NCBI GenBank assembly: GCA_964304625.1
Contig: OZ199839.1
Location: 10,027,201 to 10,091,200 of the forward strand
Reading direction: 5' to 3'
DNA length: 64,000 nucleotides
Source: Kudoa neothunni
Taxonomy: Eukaryota > Animalia > Cnidaria
Of the stretch, positions 39,741 through 53,716 are shown piece by piece. Numbering within the stretch: the first letter of the stretch is position 1; every line of letters begins with the position of its first letter. Below the pieces are notes generated by a model. That model worked only from the letters and a program-made list of their open reading frames with translations. It made no database searches and was not told the DNA's origin. Position numbers and translations under genes: made by a program.

Positions 39741-42389
39741 TTAATGATTAGAATATTCGCAGCAGAAATTTACAGAAATCAAGTTATTAATAAATTTTAA
39801 AATAATCTTGTCTAAAAGTTCTAAATGTGTAGAAGTTCTGGCAAAAATAATATGCCATAATTTTCAAAAATAAGAAAATTTTAAAATATATTACGATTGA
39901 GACCAACATTTTTGATTCTTTATCGTTTGTAGCGATCCACATTCTTATTAGGACCAGAGATCATTTTAGAATTGTTCCGAAGCTAGTTTTGCGTGTGCAG
40001 GAATTCTGCATACTTAGATTCTGGAAAATATTAGATTCTGGTGTTATCCGAGGCTTAGGCTATTATTATAAGTGTTCGTTTATTAACTTTCAACAAGTTT
40101 TAATTTGTGTTAATATCTAAATAAATTAAAATCATGCAAAAATAATAATTGTTTGATTAAAATTTCTTAATTATAATTAATGCATAGTCTGAGAAAAGGG
40201 TAAAATTTCACCTAATTATAATCTTTATTGTTCTAAAATATCAAATGTAAGATTTTATCACAGCTACAATTATTTAACCATCCAAGCTGTTTTTGGCATG
40301 CTTGGAAGGTTAATGGAATTTATAAAACAATTTTTAATGTATTTAACTATCAATAAATACGTATTTTTGTCGAACCATAATAATATAAGTTAATATGTGT
40401 GTGTGTCTGATACAGCCGCTGATATGACACGAAAGTATTATAGTAATTAGCCCTGAATATGTTCAATAAATCTTAATGTTATTCGGTTTACTTATATGCG
40501 ATATATTCTTTAAGAAGCTGATAAAGATGTATTTTATGTTTTTCAATACTGCATTAATGATTTTCGAACCAAATTTCAATATGGTTTAAAAAGCAATTAG
40601 ACAAAATAAGATAACGAATAACCTTTTAATATTTTTATATGACACAATCTACGAGTAGGAATGTTTAAACCTTAACCTCATGTTAGACAGTAGAACGACA
40701 GGACAATGGAAATATGGTACAATAAAGGTGTTCGTTGGTAAACGGGATTTGATTCAATATTATTCATTTACTTTTCATTAAAATAAAATCTATCAGAAAT
40801 ATAAACTGAAATTAAACAATTTTCCATTAAAAAATGAATTGAAAACATTATCGGATTTATATCCCCTTTTGAAAGGCATACTGAGGAATAAAAATTTTTA
40901 ACGAAAATTTTGAATCCATTGAGATAAATGAAGGAAAATAATCGTTTAATGAAATAATCTATTGTGGATTATATAATATTTATATATGATTATATATGTA
41001 ATTTATTATTATTAAATAATTATTCAATTAATAATCGTATATAGCACTATAATTATAGATAAGACGAGACTAGAAAAATTGTAGACCGAATCAAAAGCTA
41101 AATGCGTAAATTTACATGAACTAATCAAAAAATTACTTTTTATAGCCGAATTGAATATTTTATCCTAATTTGAAATCGCTGTTCATTGTGCTACTGTAGA
41201 ACTCATTTAAAACTGAAAACGTTGAACAAGAAAATCACGTCCTAATCAAAGTGGAATAAAATAAATATTTAAGATGTGATGACGTCACAAGATTAAATTC
41301 GGTCTCATTTCGAAGCTTGTTTGTCGGCTTAATAGTTTTCATTACATCGGAAAATATTCCACATCATTACTTAAATTACCTTCGTGTAACGTTTTTCCTG
41401 AACAAATATTTTCTTCTTTCTGGATCTATCAAAATGGTAAAAAGGAACAGGATATGTGCTTTCCGCTAGATGATCTTATTTGAATGCCGGAATTTAGAAC
41501 ACACTGAAAAAGTTGTGTTACAACATTGAAGTTTCAAATTTGATTTAAAATTTATGGAATATTTCTATAGGCAATTAAATATTAGTTCAGTTTTTTATAA
41601 AATGTTCTCATTTGTATAGTTTTTTCGATAACAATTTGGCCAGGTGTCCTATTGGAATGGGCAATGTTTTATATGTTTACAAGGTAAAACCCCTGGTGTA
41701 ACTTACTAGGTTGTGGAATTCTGGTTGGTCAGACTTCATCCATTAACACTTTAGGCATCACAATGGAATAGAAAATGGTGACTTGTTATGATTAGACACA
41801 TTAGCCAAGAATTCGCACAGTTAATTTCTTACAAAGATATCTTCTAAGGATAGACTCATTCTTCAAAAATAAGGGTTGAATTTAACTTCCTTTTCCAATG
41901 CGCATTAAATAGCTTTTCTGTTACATTCCAACTGGATATTTTTATAACTATACATATGTTCAAGTACTAACTTTCAAGATTGTCGTGATCTTTCTCATTA
42001 ATCACAATACGAAAATGCATATCTTAATTAAGTTTTCCTAATTTTAATTTACGATTGAAGAAACGACCTTGTAAAAAGTTAATGTATTAATACACGGTTC
42101 TGAATTGGAAACCGATTAAACATTCTAAAATATTATTGCTATATCGCCTTAACTACAAGTCTTATTCAAAATATAATGTTTAATAGTTAACTTTTACTCA
42201 TCAAATCCACTAATGATTTCGTTTAAAAAAAATGTCATAATACGAATTAAAATTTAATGATCAATTACTCAAAAAACCGGTTATATAAATTAATAATTCT
42301 TAATTTCAAAATATATTTTCATTTATTTGATATAATAAATGAGTATGAAGCAGAAAAACTTGGAAATTATATACTTACAAAATATTAAT

Positions 42390-44972
42390 TTAAGTTCCAT
42401 ACAATATTAATTGCGCCTGGGAAACTTTTAAATAATTTTTGGGTTCTGTTTTGAGGTTGGGACTGTAATGATCATTTAGGGTTCTAAACTTTTTTTTCGG
42501 ATTTTTAGTCTTGTTTTCATAATTCAAAGGTTGAATTTTTTTAATTGTGACCCCAGATAAAAAGCGGTTATTGCTTATTTTCGAATTATTTTCGAGGTTT
42601 TCTTTTCCTGCCTACAATAATAATGTTAAATAATAATTTTATTTATGTCAAATTATATATATAAAGATATTAATGATAACAAATCTGGTGTTCAAAAATA
42701 CGAATTAAAAAAACTATCTTTTATATAATTAGAAATTAGAAACAATTTTTAAAAATTACGTATCGTTCAATATCTTCTATGTCAGTTTTGTACGACTTGT
42801 AATTTTTGAGCGTAGAGTTTGATGGAATTGCTTTGTTATATATTTTAAAAACGATTTTCCAAATTCCCCTTGGATCCTCGTCCCAGTTTCGGACAGTCAT
42901 AAATTCCCAATCTTTAATTCCCTACAAAAGACTAATTACATATATTCTAATAATATATTTTAAAATTATAATAATACTAATACCCCTTCATTTTTATCGT
43001 ATTTTCGCTTCCTTACCAAATGACTAATGGTACCCATGGCAGAAATCAAATCGATTGAAATAAATCCACGAAAAAGAGAAAATAAAGTTATCTTCACAAC
43101 TGTATGTTCAAGTTTTGAAATATTAGACAAATCGATATAATGATTTAATATAATTTCATCATTTGATGTAACACTATTATCAATATCAACTTAGCAGGCA
43201 TTGGATTAATAATATTTGCCTTTCATTAAGTAAGGGCTTGGCTATTTCCATAACTTGCACTGGAACATTTCTCCATATTCTAGCTAATGAGACCAAACTA
43301 TGAGCATTGAGTTTTCCAAAGCCAAACTTATGATTAACATAATGATTTCCTCCATTTCTAACCCAATCCGGGTCCAATGGGCTAGTTATGTCCGAACTAT
43401 AGACAATTAAATGTTGTATATCCCTCCAGGTGAGTTCTTTGCTAAATAAGTTATTATAGAATTCACTAATCACTTGATAATATACTTGACTTCAAGAATC
43501 AACGCAAAAATTCCACATGCAATCGGTGCTGCCGACGACGTGCCACTAAAATGGGTGGTACATTTTTTCTGATTATCAGTAGTGATCTTATTATATTCAA
43601 TATGAATCGGGGTTTTTGTAAAAAACTACCACAAAGTTCTCTCCTTTCTTTCTATGTGATCCTCCGTTGAATGTAACTGCCAGGGTAGCAGCGCATGATT
43701 CAGTGTAATAGACAGAGAGGCCATAGTCACTAATTGAACCAATAGCAATAGTGTAAATACTATTGACATAGCCGTCGCAATTGCAGTCGTCGTGAAGAAG
43801 ACCACCATTCCCAGTTGCCCACACGAAAATGTTGCCTTTACCTTGTCGACCCTAAGTATTTTATGTAGATAGGAAGTAAATATTTAGTGTTATCACATGC
43901 TTGGCACTATTTTCCAGCGCATTTTTAGCTAAAATCCCAGGACCTCCGTATGTTTTTCCGTCGTCATCCGGTCCCCAACTATTGCAATAGATATCAATGT
44001 GATTTCTATTGTACGAAAGGTAGAAAGCTTCAGTAGAATCATCAGTAGATGATGACATCATCTGGATTCCTTTGAAACAATCGTTGCATTAAAGATATAA
44101 ATGATTATAAAACCACCTCCAATTCTAGCATTAAAAGCAACTCCCACACCACAAAAAGAATTGTTTGCTTTGGCTGCGATTTCACCTGCACATCGCGTAC
44201 CGTGACTAAATGTAATTAACAATGTATGTATCAAAATGATTTGTACAAATCATTATAAGTATTCGTATTGTTATTGTTTTTCAATATGTTCCAATTTGGA
44301 TCCAAATAATGAGCATTGTTGTCCTAGATAGCAGTATAAACTTTATACATTATTTATTTCAAATTACGTAGTTCGGGCCTATATCAGGATTTGTATAATC
44401 CAGGCCATCATCAATAACACTAACAACGACTCCTCTACCGGTAACTCCTTGTATCCAGACTGATACGACATTAATATCCTCAAATTGGGGGCCATCTGTT
44501 TGACCAATATTCATCTATTCAATTTCACTAGTTGATAAATAAAATTTTCTTTTCTTTACCAAATACCACTGATATTTAAAATATGGGTCATCTATTTGGA
44601 GACACTTTGAAACAATTTCTAAAGCTGCCGTGAGATTTGATGAGTCTGGCAAAAATTTCGTTTAAACGAATAAGTCCCAATCTAACTTAATACTTGATAA
44701 TGGATTCAACATTTCAGCCAAACGATAATAGAAGCATTGTGAATTTATTTCGTCGATGATATAACTCTTCGAATAATATCAGAATTAACAAGTTAAATTT
44801 TAAGTACCCCGTTTTTAATGGATTTGTCCAACAAGCAAGAGGCGTACATTGTAAGAACAGCAGAGATATCACAATCAAATTCAACACATGTTGACAGCTC
44901 GAATTTGAAACAAAAAACAACCAACTCGATAAATTTCAACCAGAATATCAACTTATTCAAGTGGCTTCTCAT
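42390..44972 (-). CDS. Subtilisin-like proprotein convertase (S8B/kexin family; cnidarian PC3-like type)
   Basis: Spliced model: [16 protein letters not shown] (Asp), HGTRCAGE (His), [17 protein letters not shown] (oxyanion Asn), GTSSAAP (Ser), LTWRDIQH, P-domain LEH...[17 protein letters not shown]...LILYGT*. About 13 exons. The start codon is less certain. Confidence 0.93.
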
Positions 44973-45508
44973 CAAAACGCACTTCACTCTGAATGAAACA
45001 TTAAATAGCGTCTACTTCACACCTCATCTAATTTTTTAACCATCGTCATACGGTGTACCTGTCTGCTTTATGCTATATCTATAATAAGAATTTATTGTTA
45101 AAATAATATCTTGACTTTTTCAAACCATACTAAATATTATTTATTACTATATTTTATATCTATCTGTCCATTATTATTATTATTATTTAAATATAGGTGA
45201 TGATAATAGAATTTGCTTTAATGAATCCTTCGTTATAAAATAATTAATGCTATAAATTATACATTCATATTGTCAAAGTTCACATAAAATCGAATAGGTC
45301 AAATTAAACATAATTTGAAATAACTTGCGCTACATTAATTCTAAGAATCACGGTAGACAACCGATAATACGCACTTCCATTCATACGACATAGTCAAAGT
45401 TTTTTTCGGGTGAAACGTTTTATAATATTTATGTGATTGTCAAAAGATAAAAGTCTTAAAAAAATATTTTTTAATTAAACTAAGAAAGTTCCAATCTGTT
45501 ATATCGCG

Positions 45509-45545
45509 TGACTAACCGATAATACGCACTTTTTTCGGCCAAACC
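45509..45545. repeat. Dispersed terminal-like motif (CCGATAATACGCACTTTTTT), probable DNA-transposon end
   Basis: Related copies near 1225, 18663, 45361, 54412 and 56562. Two of them lie about 0.7-0.9 kb from Merlin remnants. Confidence 0.4.
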
Positions 45546-46419
45546 ACGTATATTAAATTGTTTTTATTGGAAACTAGGGTAAAATTTTAATTCTAACGTT
45601 TGAATTTTTGAACGAATAGAAAAGTGTTTTGAGATATCTCTAAAAAATGATCATTTCAAAAATGAAAATAGAATAAACTTTGTTTCAATACAATGTTAGT
45701 TGACAATTAAAGAATGATATGGATGCACATAACTAAAGATTTTAAGATTAAAATATAAAAAAATTTTGACTAATGTTTACAAAAGGATGGTAGATAATCC
45801 CTTAATATCTTAAGTTGAGTTGTAATTCTTAAATATTAATATTTAAGCTTTGGTGTGTTATTATTATATGCCAAATGTCATTCAAGTATCATTATTTCAA
45901 TTTGTAAAATATTGACGACATTAATTACTGTGATATCTGTCAATACGTATATCACACAGAATTATAAATTGAGTTTCTCCAGAAATTAACATTACCTCCT
46001 ACGGTTATGATCCATGAATGTAGGGCCACTATTTCCTTAATTCAAAGGAACAAGCGTATGGATTGTTGGGTCTCGAGCCTTCCACGAATTGGCGCCAAAA
46101 CGGAATCCCCGTTGCGATCATTGAAGTAACAATTGGAAACCATTTCCTTCCTTATTCAAAGAGTATTTGGTCCCAGTTTCATCATGAATTACACCTCTTA
46201 CACTGCCCCGTCGATTTGGTGAAGAAACGTGGGACCAATACTCCTCTCAACATCGATCACATCATGAAACATTTTTACCGTCGGAAGCGGCGGTACTAAT
46301 TATCAAAAGTGAAGGCCAGACCACGTCAAGATATAGAGCCCCTCCCCCTATTTAAACATGTTATTAATATTTTACTATTTGACTCTCTCTTGCTTTTTTT
46401 CAATTCACTCTGTGTATTC

Positions 46420-47080
46420 TTTGGCATTTGGCGCGTATACAACATGGATGATTATTTCTTTTATTGTTCACCTTGCAAAAAAAATCTATTAGAAAAAACA
46501 CTTTTTTCGAGGATTCTAAACTGACACTTTTCGAAATCTTTTCGATTATATATTGCGTGTGTTACAAAATGGACACGTTTGATATATTATCTAGAGAAAT
46601 ATTCCTCAACAACATTTAGGAGAATAAAGAATTAATAGATAGTCCAGGAATCAATGTTCAAATAGACAATACCCATCGCGTCAAACGAAAACAAAACTAG
46701 GGCGGATTCCTATCCATCATAATACTTGGATTGTTATGGGAATAAATTCCAACAATTAGTTTTTTTTTTGAAAAAATGTTAATAGGGACCAATCAACTCA
46801 TGAGGACATAATTTGTAGAAGTGTAGTCGAGGAATCCCTAATTGTAACGGATGGTTGGCCTTCATATTTACGTCTGGCTGAATTGGGGTTTCAACATTCT
46901 GTTTTAACCCACAAATACGAATTTGTAAATTCGGAGGGACTTCACATCAACAAAATAGGGTCGACGTGGAATACTCTCAAAAGATCCTTTCGATATGTCA
47001 TTAATAAAAAGGAAGACATGATCGATTCGTATATAGCTGCCTACATGTATAATAAAGACCAAAAAACCCCTTTCTAAATT
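46420..47080 (+). pseudogene. Merlin (ISXO2-like) transposase remnant
   Basis: PGINVQID...VKRK, IVTDGWPSY, HSVLTHKYEFVNSEGLHINKIGSTWNTLKR, YIAAYMY. Confidence 0.8.
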
Positions 47081-48251
47081 GCTAAAGATCATTAGTAGCA
47101 TATAAATATTTTAAGAAATTATCATTAACTAATCTAAATTATTACGGTCGTCACTATTTTAAGACATGTTATACATAGGCGTTATTTTATTTTTTAAACT
47201 TTACGCAATGTGAATGCTTTTTTATTTTTAATGAATAAAGCGATTTTTTCATATCATTAATTTAAAAAATACTTTTCTAAATCATATTTGAATATTTTAT
47301 TAGTAAATTTCTACCATTGTGAAAATCGCTCGACTTACGTATGAAAAAGAGGATTCATTTGTAATAATTATCTAATACTGATTATTGGATATATTCATTT
47401 AAAAAATCCGTAGATATATAATTTTATCAATTTATTCATTTATTGATATAAAAACCAACATAATAGTGATAAATTTGATTCAAGTTAAATACATGTTTAC
47501 GTTGATATATTTTATATGAAACAGAATTAATATTATAAAAACTTAAAGTAAATAATTATAGAACTGTATTTTGTTCAGCCAATTTAAAATTATAATAATG
47601 ACAACGAAACCAGCTTTAGACAATTTTTCTTTTATTTGTTGAGGTTTTAAAGGTAAAACCTATACATCTCCTTAAATCTGAAAAAAGAACATATAGGAAA
47701 ATTTTATAAACTAAAAATCATTTTCATTAATCTAAAAATTTTTTTAAAGAAACTCTTTTTTTAATTTTTGGATATAGAAATTGTCAATGTTTTTTCAGGC
47801 ATTATATTCAGTCTAAAGATTAAAAAATTGTTGATTGAATTTTTAGGATAAAATAATTCAACACACATAATAACACAAAATTTTTTAAAAAATGCTTATA
47901 TTAGATATAAACTAAAAAGAAAAATGTTATCGCGCAAGCGCTGTAATGAATTTTATTTCAGTAATCCGGGTTAGTCTCACGTCGCGGGTTTCTTAAAATT
48001 ACTTCCGAAATTTTTTAGGTTTCATAAACGCTCATAATTAAATGTATTCTAATGGATTATGTATAACTTTATCTATGAAGAAACGCCAACAGCATAAATT
48101 CTCGAACATTGAGATTATCGAATTAAACGTATGACGCGTTTTAATCCCCGCGGCCGCATGAAGAGTTAGTATTCTCTGCTGTCCTTTTGTAAAAATTAGC
48201 CGAGGAGTAATGTATTTTTTAAATAGAAATCGATAATTAATTATTGTTTAA

Positions 48252-51200
48252 CCCTCTAACGATCTTTGAGTCTTTTAGATCCCATATGAAAGTTAATCCT
48301 TATATAACCATAATTTCTTCTACGAGTTTTCAATTCTTTTAGAATTTCACATATTCTCTTGGTTTAAAACAAGGTACAATATACTCAAAAATTAGTTTCA
48401 AAAATAACAGGAAAGTAATGAAAATAAGTTATATTTTAAATGAAAAATTTTTAAGTTATTGAGAGGTATATTTAATTTATTTTTATTTCAATTCAAAGAT
48501 TTAAACCGTTTTTAAGAGCATGAGTTGGTTAAAAAATCGTTCCCTTTAAAGAATATTTATCGTCACGCGATTAAGCGTATGACACAACGCAATGAGTGAA
48601 GGAACGGAATACGGCGATGAGTACAATCGTCAGATTTTTAATTCGATTGTTGCCAATCAGAATCTACAGAGAGTTACAGTGATAGTGATGTACTTGAAAA
48701 TGACGTTCTGGATGATAATACAACGGACAAAAATTGGTTAATTTGGAGTCTAACCAAGCCTTCTCCATCAAAAACCATCGTCGAAAATATTGAGCTCTCA
48801 TCCTGGACCTACCAATTATTGTTTGAAATGTCTGAAAAATATTTCTGACCGTTTCACGGTATTTTTTACGTAGGATATCTGCAAATAAATTATAAAAAAT
48901 ACAAATATTTTTAGAAAATCGTGCTTCAAAGAAAACTGGAAGGACGTGGATTATGTTGAATTTCTAGGGTAGGAGCGTGTATACAATCGAGGAACGACAT
49001 TTAAATCTAGATAACCCCCTTCATGTGCATAATGATATTAATATTAAATATTAATCCAACGTTTTCATCGTACATAATATTTAATTTGAGTTTCTCGTTG
49101 CGTACCACAGGTCACATCTGTAACCCTCGCTTTGCGCAAACATAGTAACCCCACGATTATTGCACCAACGAACCAACAAATGCGCTAAGCATACTTTATG
49201 AGGTTTTCAAGTTATTCATTCTTTATATACTTGGAAATTAATTATTATACAATCAATATTTAATTTTAGGGGTTTTTATTTGTCAATGCACGCAATTTTT
49301 AGGTTATTCTCAAATGAGAATTCTAAAAAGTTGTAACTTTAAGAATGATGCTACTTAATTAGCTCAATCGTTACATTATCAACAACAATAAATCTATTAA
49401 ATTTCCGTTTAACTTGTGAATGATAAATAATTTGTTTGTTAGAAAATTATCTGGAAGCTTCATCGTTTATATGGCCGGTTAAACCCTTATCACACATAAA
49501 GTTTTTCCTTACAAATATGTTTGTATATAAGATAGGGTCTATAAATGAGTATAATTTTTGTTATATTTAAATTAAATTGTAGTTTATGGGCATATTATGT
49601 ATGTGAGCTAATGGAATCTAATTTCTTTACAATAATTTTCATTTATCATATTGTTAAATTTGGATTGCATGCTTCCCCTTTTCTCTAAATATGAGGTCTG
49701 CTTTATTTATTTAAATAAGGACGTTACTTTCTAGTTTGGATGTAGAATTTACATTAGAACTAACCCAAACTATCAATAGATCTTATTTCTGAGGTAGATT
49801 TTTATTCAATAATGAAAGGTACGTTTGGACGGTAAAATATTATCTATTCTTAAAACCGAAAAACCCATAGCTTCATTGAGACTCGGATAGAAATGGTATT
49901 TATTTATATTATTCGTGTTATGATAAAAACCATTAATTTATTTATTTATGTCCAATATCCCAAAATTTATGGCGTAATCGATGTAGGATTCTTATTTTTA
50001 GCAAGATAAAGTTACTGAAAACATTAATTTATTATTTAAAAAAATCTTGGGAAGTTTGTTTGGTGTAAGAGTAGTCATTGTAGAAATTGCTGTGTTTCAT
50101 TTAATGTAAACGCTAATTACACATTTACATCAAACATTGTTTATGAAAATGTTGTATTTTCTAAAATATGAAAGAGATAATTATTTAATCTGCTTCAAAT
50201 ATTGACAATATAATACATTGATTATGAAGAAAACCACGAAATCAGAAAACGGTAAAATAACAATTAAATGACTCTACAACTTTTTTATTTTTAAAATTAT
50301 TTCTAATTTGGAATATTGGCTGATTCACAAAAAGCTCAGCATATGTACTTTTGTTGAAAGTTACTAAGAATCTTAAGTTGTTACTGAACAAATTAAGTTA
50401 TAAACGCAATAATAGAAAAAGAATGAAATAGAATACACAAAATATGAGAACTATGGAAAAATTTATAAACAAAGTATTTAAATTCTCTGAATGTATTATT
50501 TAACGATACAATAATGTTGAATTATTAGGTTTGAAGCGTGTATACGAAAAGTTTTCATAAACGCGTGGGAACAAATAAGTTTTATCGCTTATTTCGAGAG
50601 TTTTATAGGTACAAAAAATTTTCAAACTAACTTATAGATTCAAGATTCAAAGTACAACCTTTAGAGAAAATTTGTTTAAAGTGATTTCATGTAGTTAGGT
50701 TTTTTCTGTTCCGTAAGAACATTCTAAGATTTTAATAATAATTTAAGTGGCAACTTACATATGTAACCTATTTTAATATTTACACTCATTTAGTATGTGT
50801 GAGCACAACTTAAAATTCCTCTAAACGGGGATATATCGATATTGATGGTTAATCATTTACAACGTAAGGATTAAATTAATAATTTGGCGTCGCCGAAAAT
50901 TTTAATTATTTTTCAGAATTATTTATATTTCTGGGATGTTCATATTTTAAACTATCATTTTTATATGGGTGCGAAAGCAAGGAAATCTACCGGAAACTTT
51001 TCTCTAATCAGCGCCTCCAACATATATCAATATCTCTCCGTGTCAATAATCGTAGTACCAGAGAATCAAGGATTCACGATAAGTTTGGTTTGAATCTTGA
51101 AATTTGGACAACCTGAGCTAGAATTTGCCACTTTGTTTTGTCCCTAATGAGAATATCACGGTGGGATGGGGGACAACTAGTTGCATTTAAAGGGAGAGTT

Positions 51201-52338
51201 TCTGTTGTGTCCGAATTCAGAAAGCGGTCAGCAAAAGAAAACACGATGACACAAAACACAACAAAATAAAGGAATTAGAAATAGCTAGCAACTAAAGATA
51301 GATATTTCCTAAATGTTCTACCGTACCATGGAAAGAAGGATAATAAATCAACTCGAAACTCAAGTGTTGTGCTAGAGCCAACTACTCCTCTTTTCTATTT
51401 AGGTAGGAATGGTGTCGCGGACAATTTTTTTTTCTTCGGTTAAATTGGCATCCAAACTACTCGAAAAAAACTAACCTACCTAGTTACCATGCACCACAAT
51501 AAGAAAGATATTCCTCCATGTGCTCTCTCCTCAATAAAAGGAACATTGTACAGCTTGACATTTTTGTTTTTTAAAGAAATATGCATACCTCATATGTAAA
51601 TAAAAAAGGAAAATCCGTGATTATCTTATCCACAGGATCTACCAATGATGCTATATCGGATGAATCTTTTAAGAACAAACCAGAGATTATACTACGTTAC
51701 AATAAGACAAAGGTGGCGTTGATACTATAGATAGGATGCTCTCCTCATATTCAGTTAGAAAGTTCTGCAGGAAGTGGTCATGTATAGTATTTTTTAACAT
51801 GATAGATCTATCATTGATTAATGCCTTCGCAATATACAAAAATGTGTTCAACGCTAAAGACTTGCAAAAGAGAAAATTCTTAAAGCTTCTTTTAGAAACA
51901 TTATACACCGCGCTTTTGAAGAGGAACTTAAATGATAAGAAAATTGTAAAAAGACCTCAACAAATATTGAATGGAAGCTTATCAACTACACCTGAGAATA
52001 TTAGCACAATTAGTTGTGAATTTTTTCCTCGGCAAAGTGATAAAAAGCCTCTTCGAAATGTGCAAATTGCAACAGTTTTTATTTCCGCCTTCATTCATCT
52101 AAAAAGTGTTTCAACTGTTATTCATGTAGAATTATTGTTTATAATTTCAATATTTTTTATTCGCTTAAATGTGAATTTTTGCTATTTTCAGGAGATTATG
52201 TAGATGGAATTTTTATAGTGTCTTGCGCATAATAATTAATAATAATAATTTTCTCACTCGAAATGTCTAAAAAAAATCAGAGGACTTTTTTACCCCAAGG
52301 ATCGTTCGAAATAGTTTTTTTTGGTGATCATTAGAGAG
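48252..52338 (+). mobile_element. piggyBac element with both termini; transposase broken by deletion and a about 2.2-kb insertion
   Basis: TTAA|CCCTCTAACGATC ... GATCATTAGAGAG|TTAA. N-terminal piece at 48592-48970. C-terminal piece at 51260-52130 (VADNFF, YNKTKGGVDTID, RKWSCIVFFNMIDLSLINAF). Confidence 0.88.
49110..50768. mobile_element. Putative non-autonomous TIR element nested in the piggyBac
   Basis: GGTCACATCTGTAA vs reverse complement GGTTACATATGTAA (12/14 match). TA flank on the right side only. No ORF. Confidence 0.4.
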
Positions 52339-53017
52339 TTAATATACATGCAGGCATGTGTTCAGACACAGTATAAATTTATACAAGAACTGAATGTTTA
52401 GATTTTAAAAAGCATTTAATAATAATTAACCTTACAATATTTTTGTATTGAATATTGCAATGGTATATATGCTACATTGTATGTGTCGTATGGTGATGGG
52501 TGGTACGTTTATTCGGAAATATAATTAAATAGTTGTTCAGGTTATCGAGGTTCCTGATAATCGAACATTTTCCGACACGTAATTCCATTAAAATCCAAAT
52601 AAAATGTAAAAAATCCTCCGGATAGCGCAATTTCCAAATAATCAAAATTTGGATGATCGAGGTTCGGTACTAGAATAGAAATCGCGCTCAATAAATTCTA
52701 GAAACTACATCTTAATTTCAACTTTTTATAACTACATGACGATATTGTAATAAATTAGGAGAGCGAGTTATGGGATCATGTAAAAATAATATTTATATCG
52801 AGCATTATTAATTTAAATTCCTTGTTTGCTACAACCACAAATTATTAAATAATTCTATTAATATAATTCAAGATTAATATTTAATGAAATAAAGGTTTCA
52901 AGCGCAGTTTAAATGAAAATCAAACATTAATTAATTGCAGATCAACCACAAATAAGATTAAATATAAAATTAAAAAACTAAAACTATTCATATATGGTTG
53001 ATACAAAAGTCTATCGA

Positions 53018-53716
53018 TTAATCTCTAAGCAACAATTTCAAAGTTATAGGCCACAGAATTGCTATTCCGATAGCAACATAACCAAAAATTGTGCATCGTT
53101 GTTCTACACGTCTCAAGCGTGCATGTAAACGTTTGAATTGAGCGGAATTTTCTGTATTATTTGTTTTTTGTTCAATTAGATTTTCCGGAGGAACTATAAA
53201 TGGGTTTATCCTATAAGAAATTAATTATAATAGAATAATATAAAAGCTCAATCATTATTCTTTAAAATACATTGAGAGAGAATCTTTTCGGTAGAAATCA
53301 TAAACAGATTTGCCTTCATATTCATCAATTGGCGTGTTTGGATCATACCAAATGTTACTAAAACACCAATACAACTAGTAGTAAACGGAAATTTTACTCA
53401 TTCAAATCATTCAACGTTAATTTTTCTGGTGGAATAGGCAATGGATTAGAATCCAAAGAATATTTTGTGGATGACAAGGTTTTCCTGACTCCTTCCGAAC
53501 CTGCACTTTTATTGGGATCGTCATCCACAATTTTAAATCCATCTTTAATAACTTTACAAAAATATTCAGAGATATTCGATAGAAAATGATTGTATAAGGA
53601 AATTACTAATACGGCTAGGAGCCTTCATTCTTGCTATTGCGCTTGCGTGCATTATCTTTAGTCAGTTAATATCAATGGTGCCAAAATTTACAGTTGTGTA
53701 AAATATCGTGATCCAT
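53018..53716 (-). CDS. Mitochondrial fission factor (Mff/TANGO11)-like tail-anchored protein
   Basis: Small exons missed by the ORF track give RMKAPSRIIIKDG (cf. Mff MQVPERIVVAG), PIPPEKLTLND (cf. TPPRVLTLSE), coiled coil QFKRLHARLRRVEQR and a C-terminal TM IFGYVAIGIAILWPITL ending KLLLRD*. Start is ambiguous (53716 or 53652). Confidence 0.65.

Noticed and set aside
40600-42100. Possible MULE, mariner and piggyBac transposase scraps
   Set aside because: Only faint motif resemblance, too degraded to call or delimit.
45950-46330. GC-richer stretch with ORF 46063-46299 beside the Merlin remnant
   Set aside because: No recognisable motif, no consistent exon chain, and stops on the opposite strand. 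Probably TE-internal.
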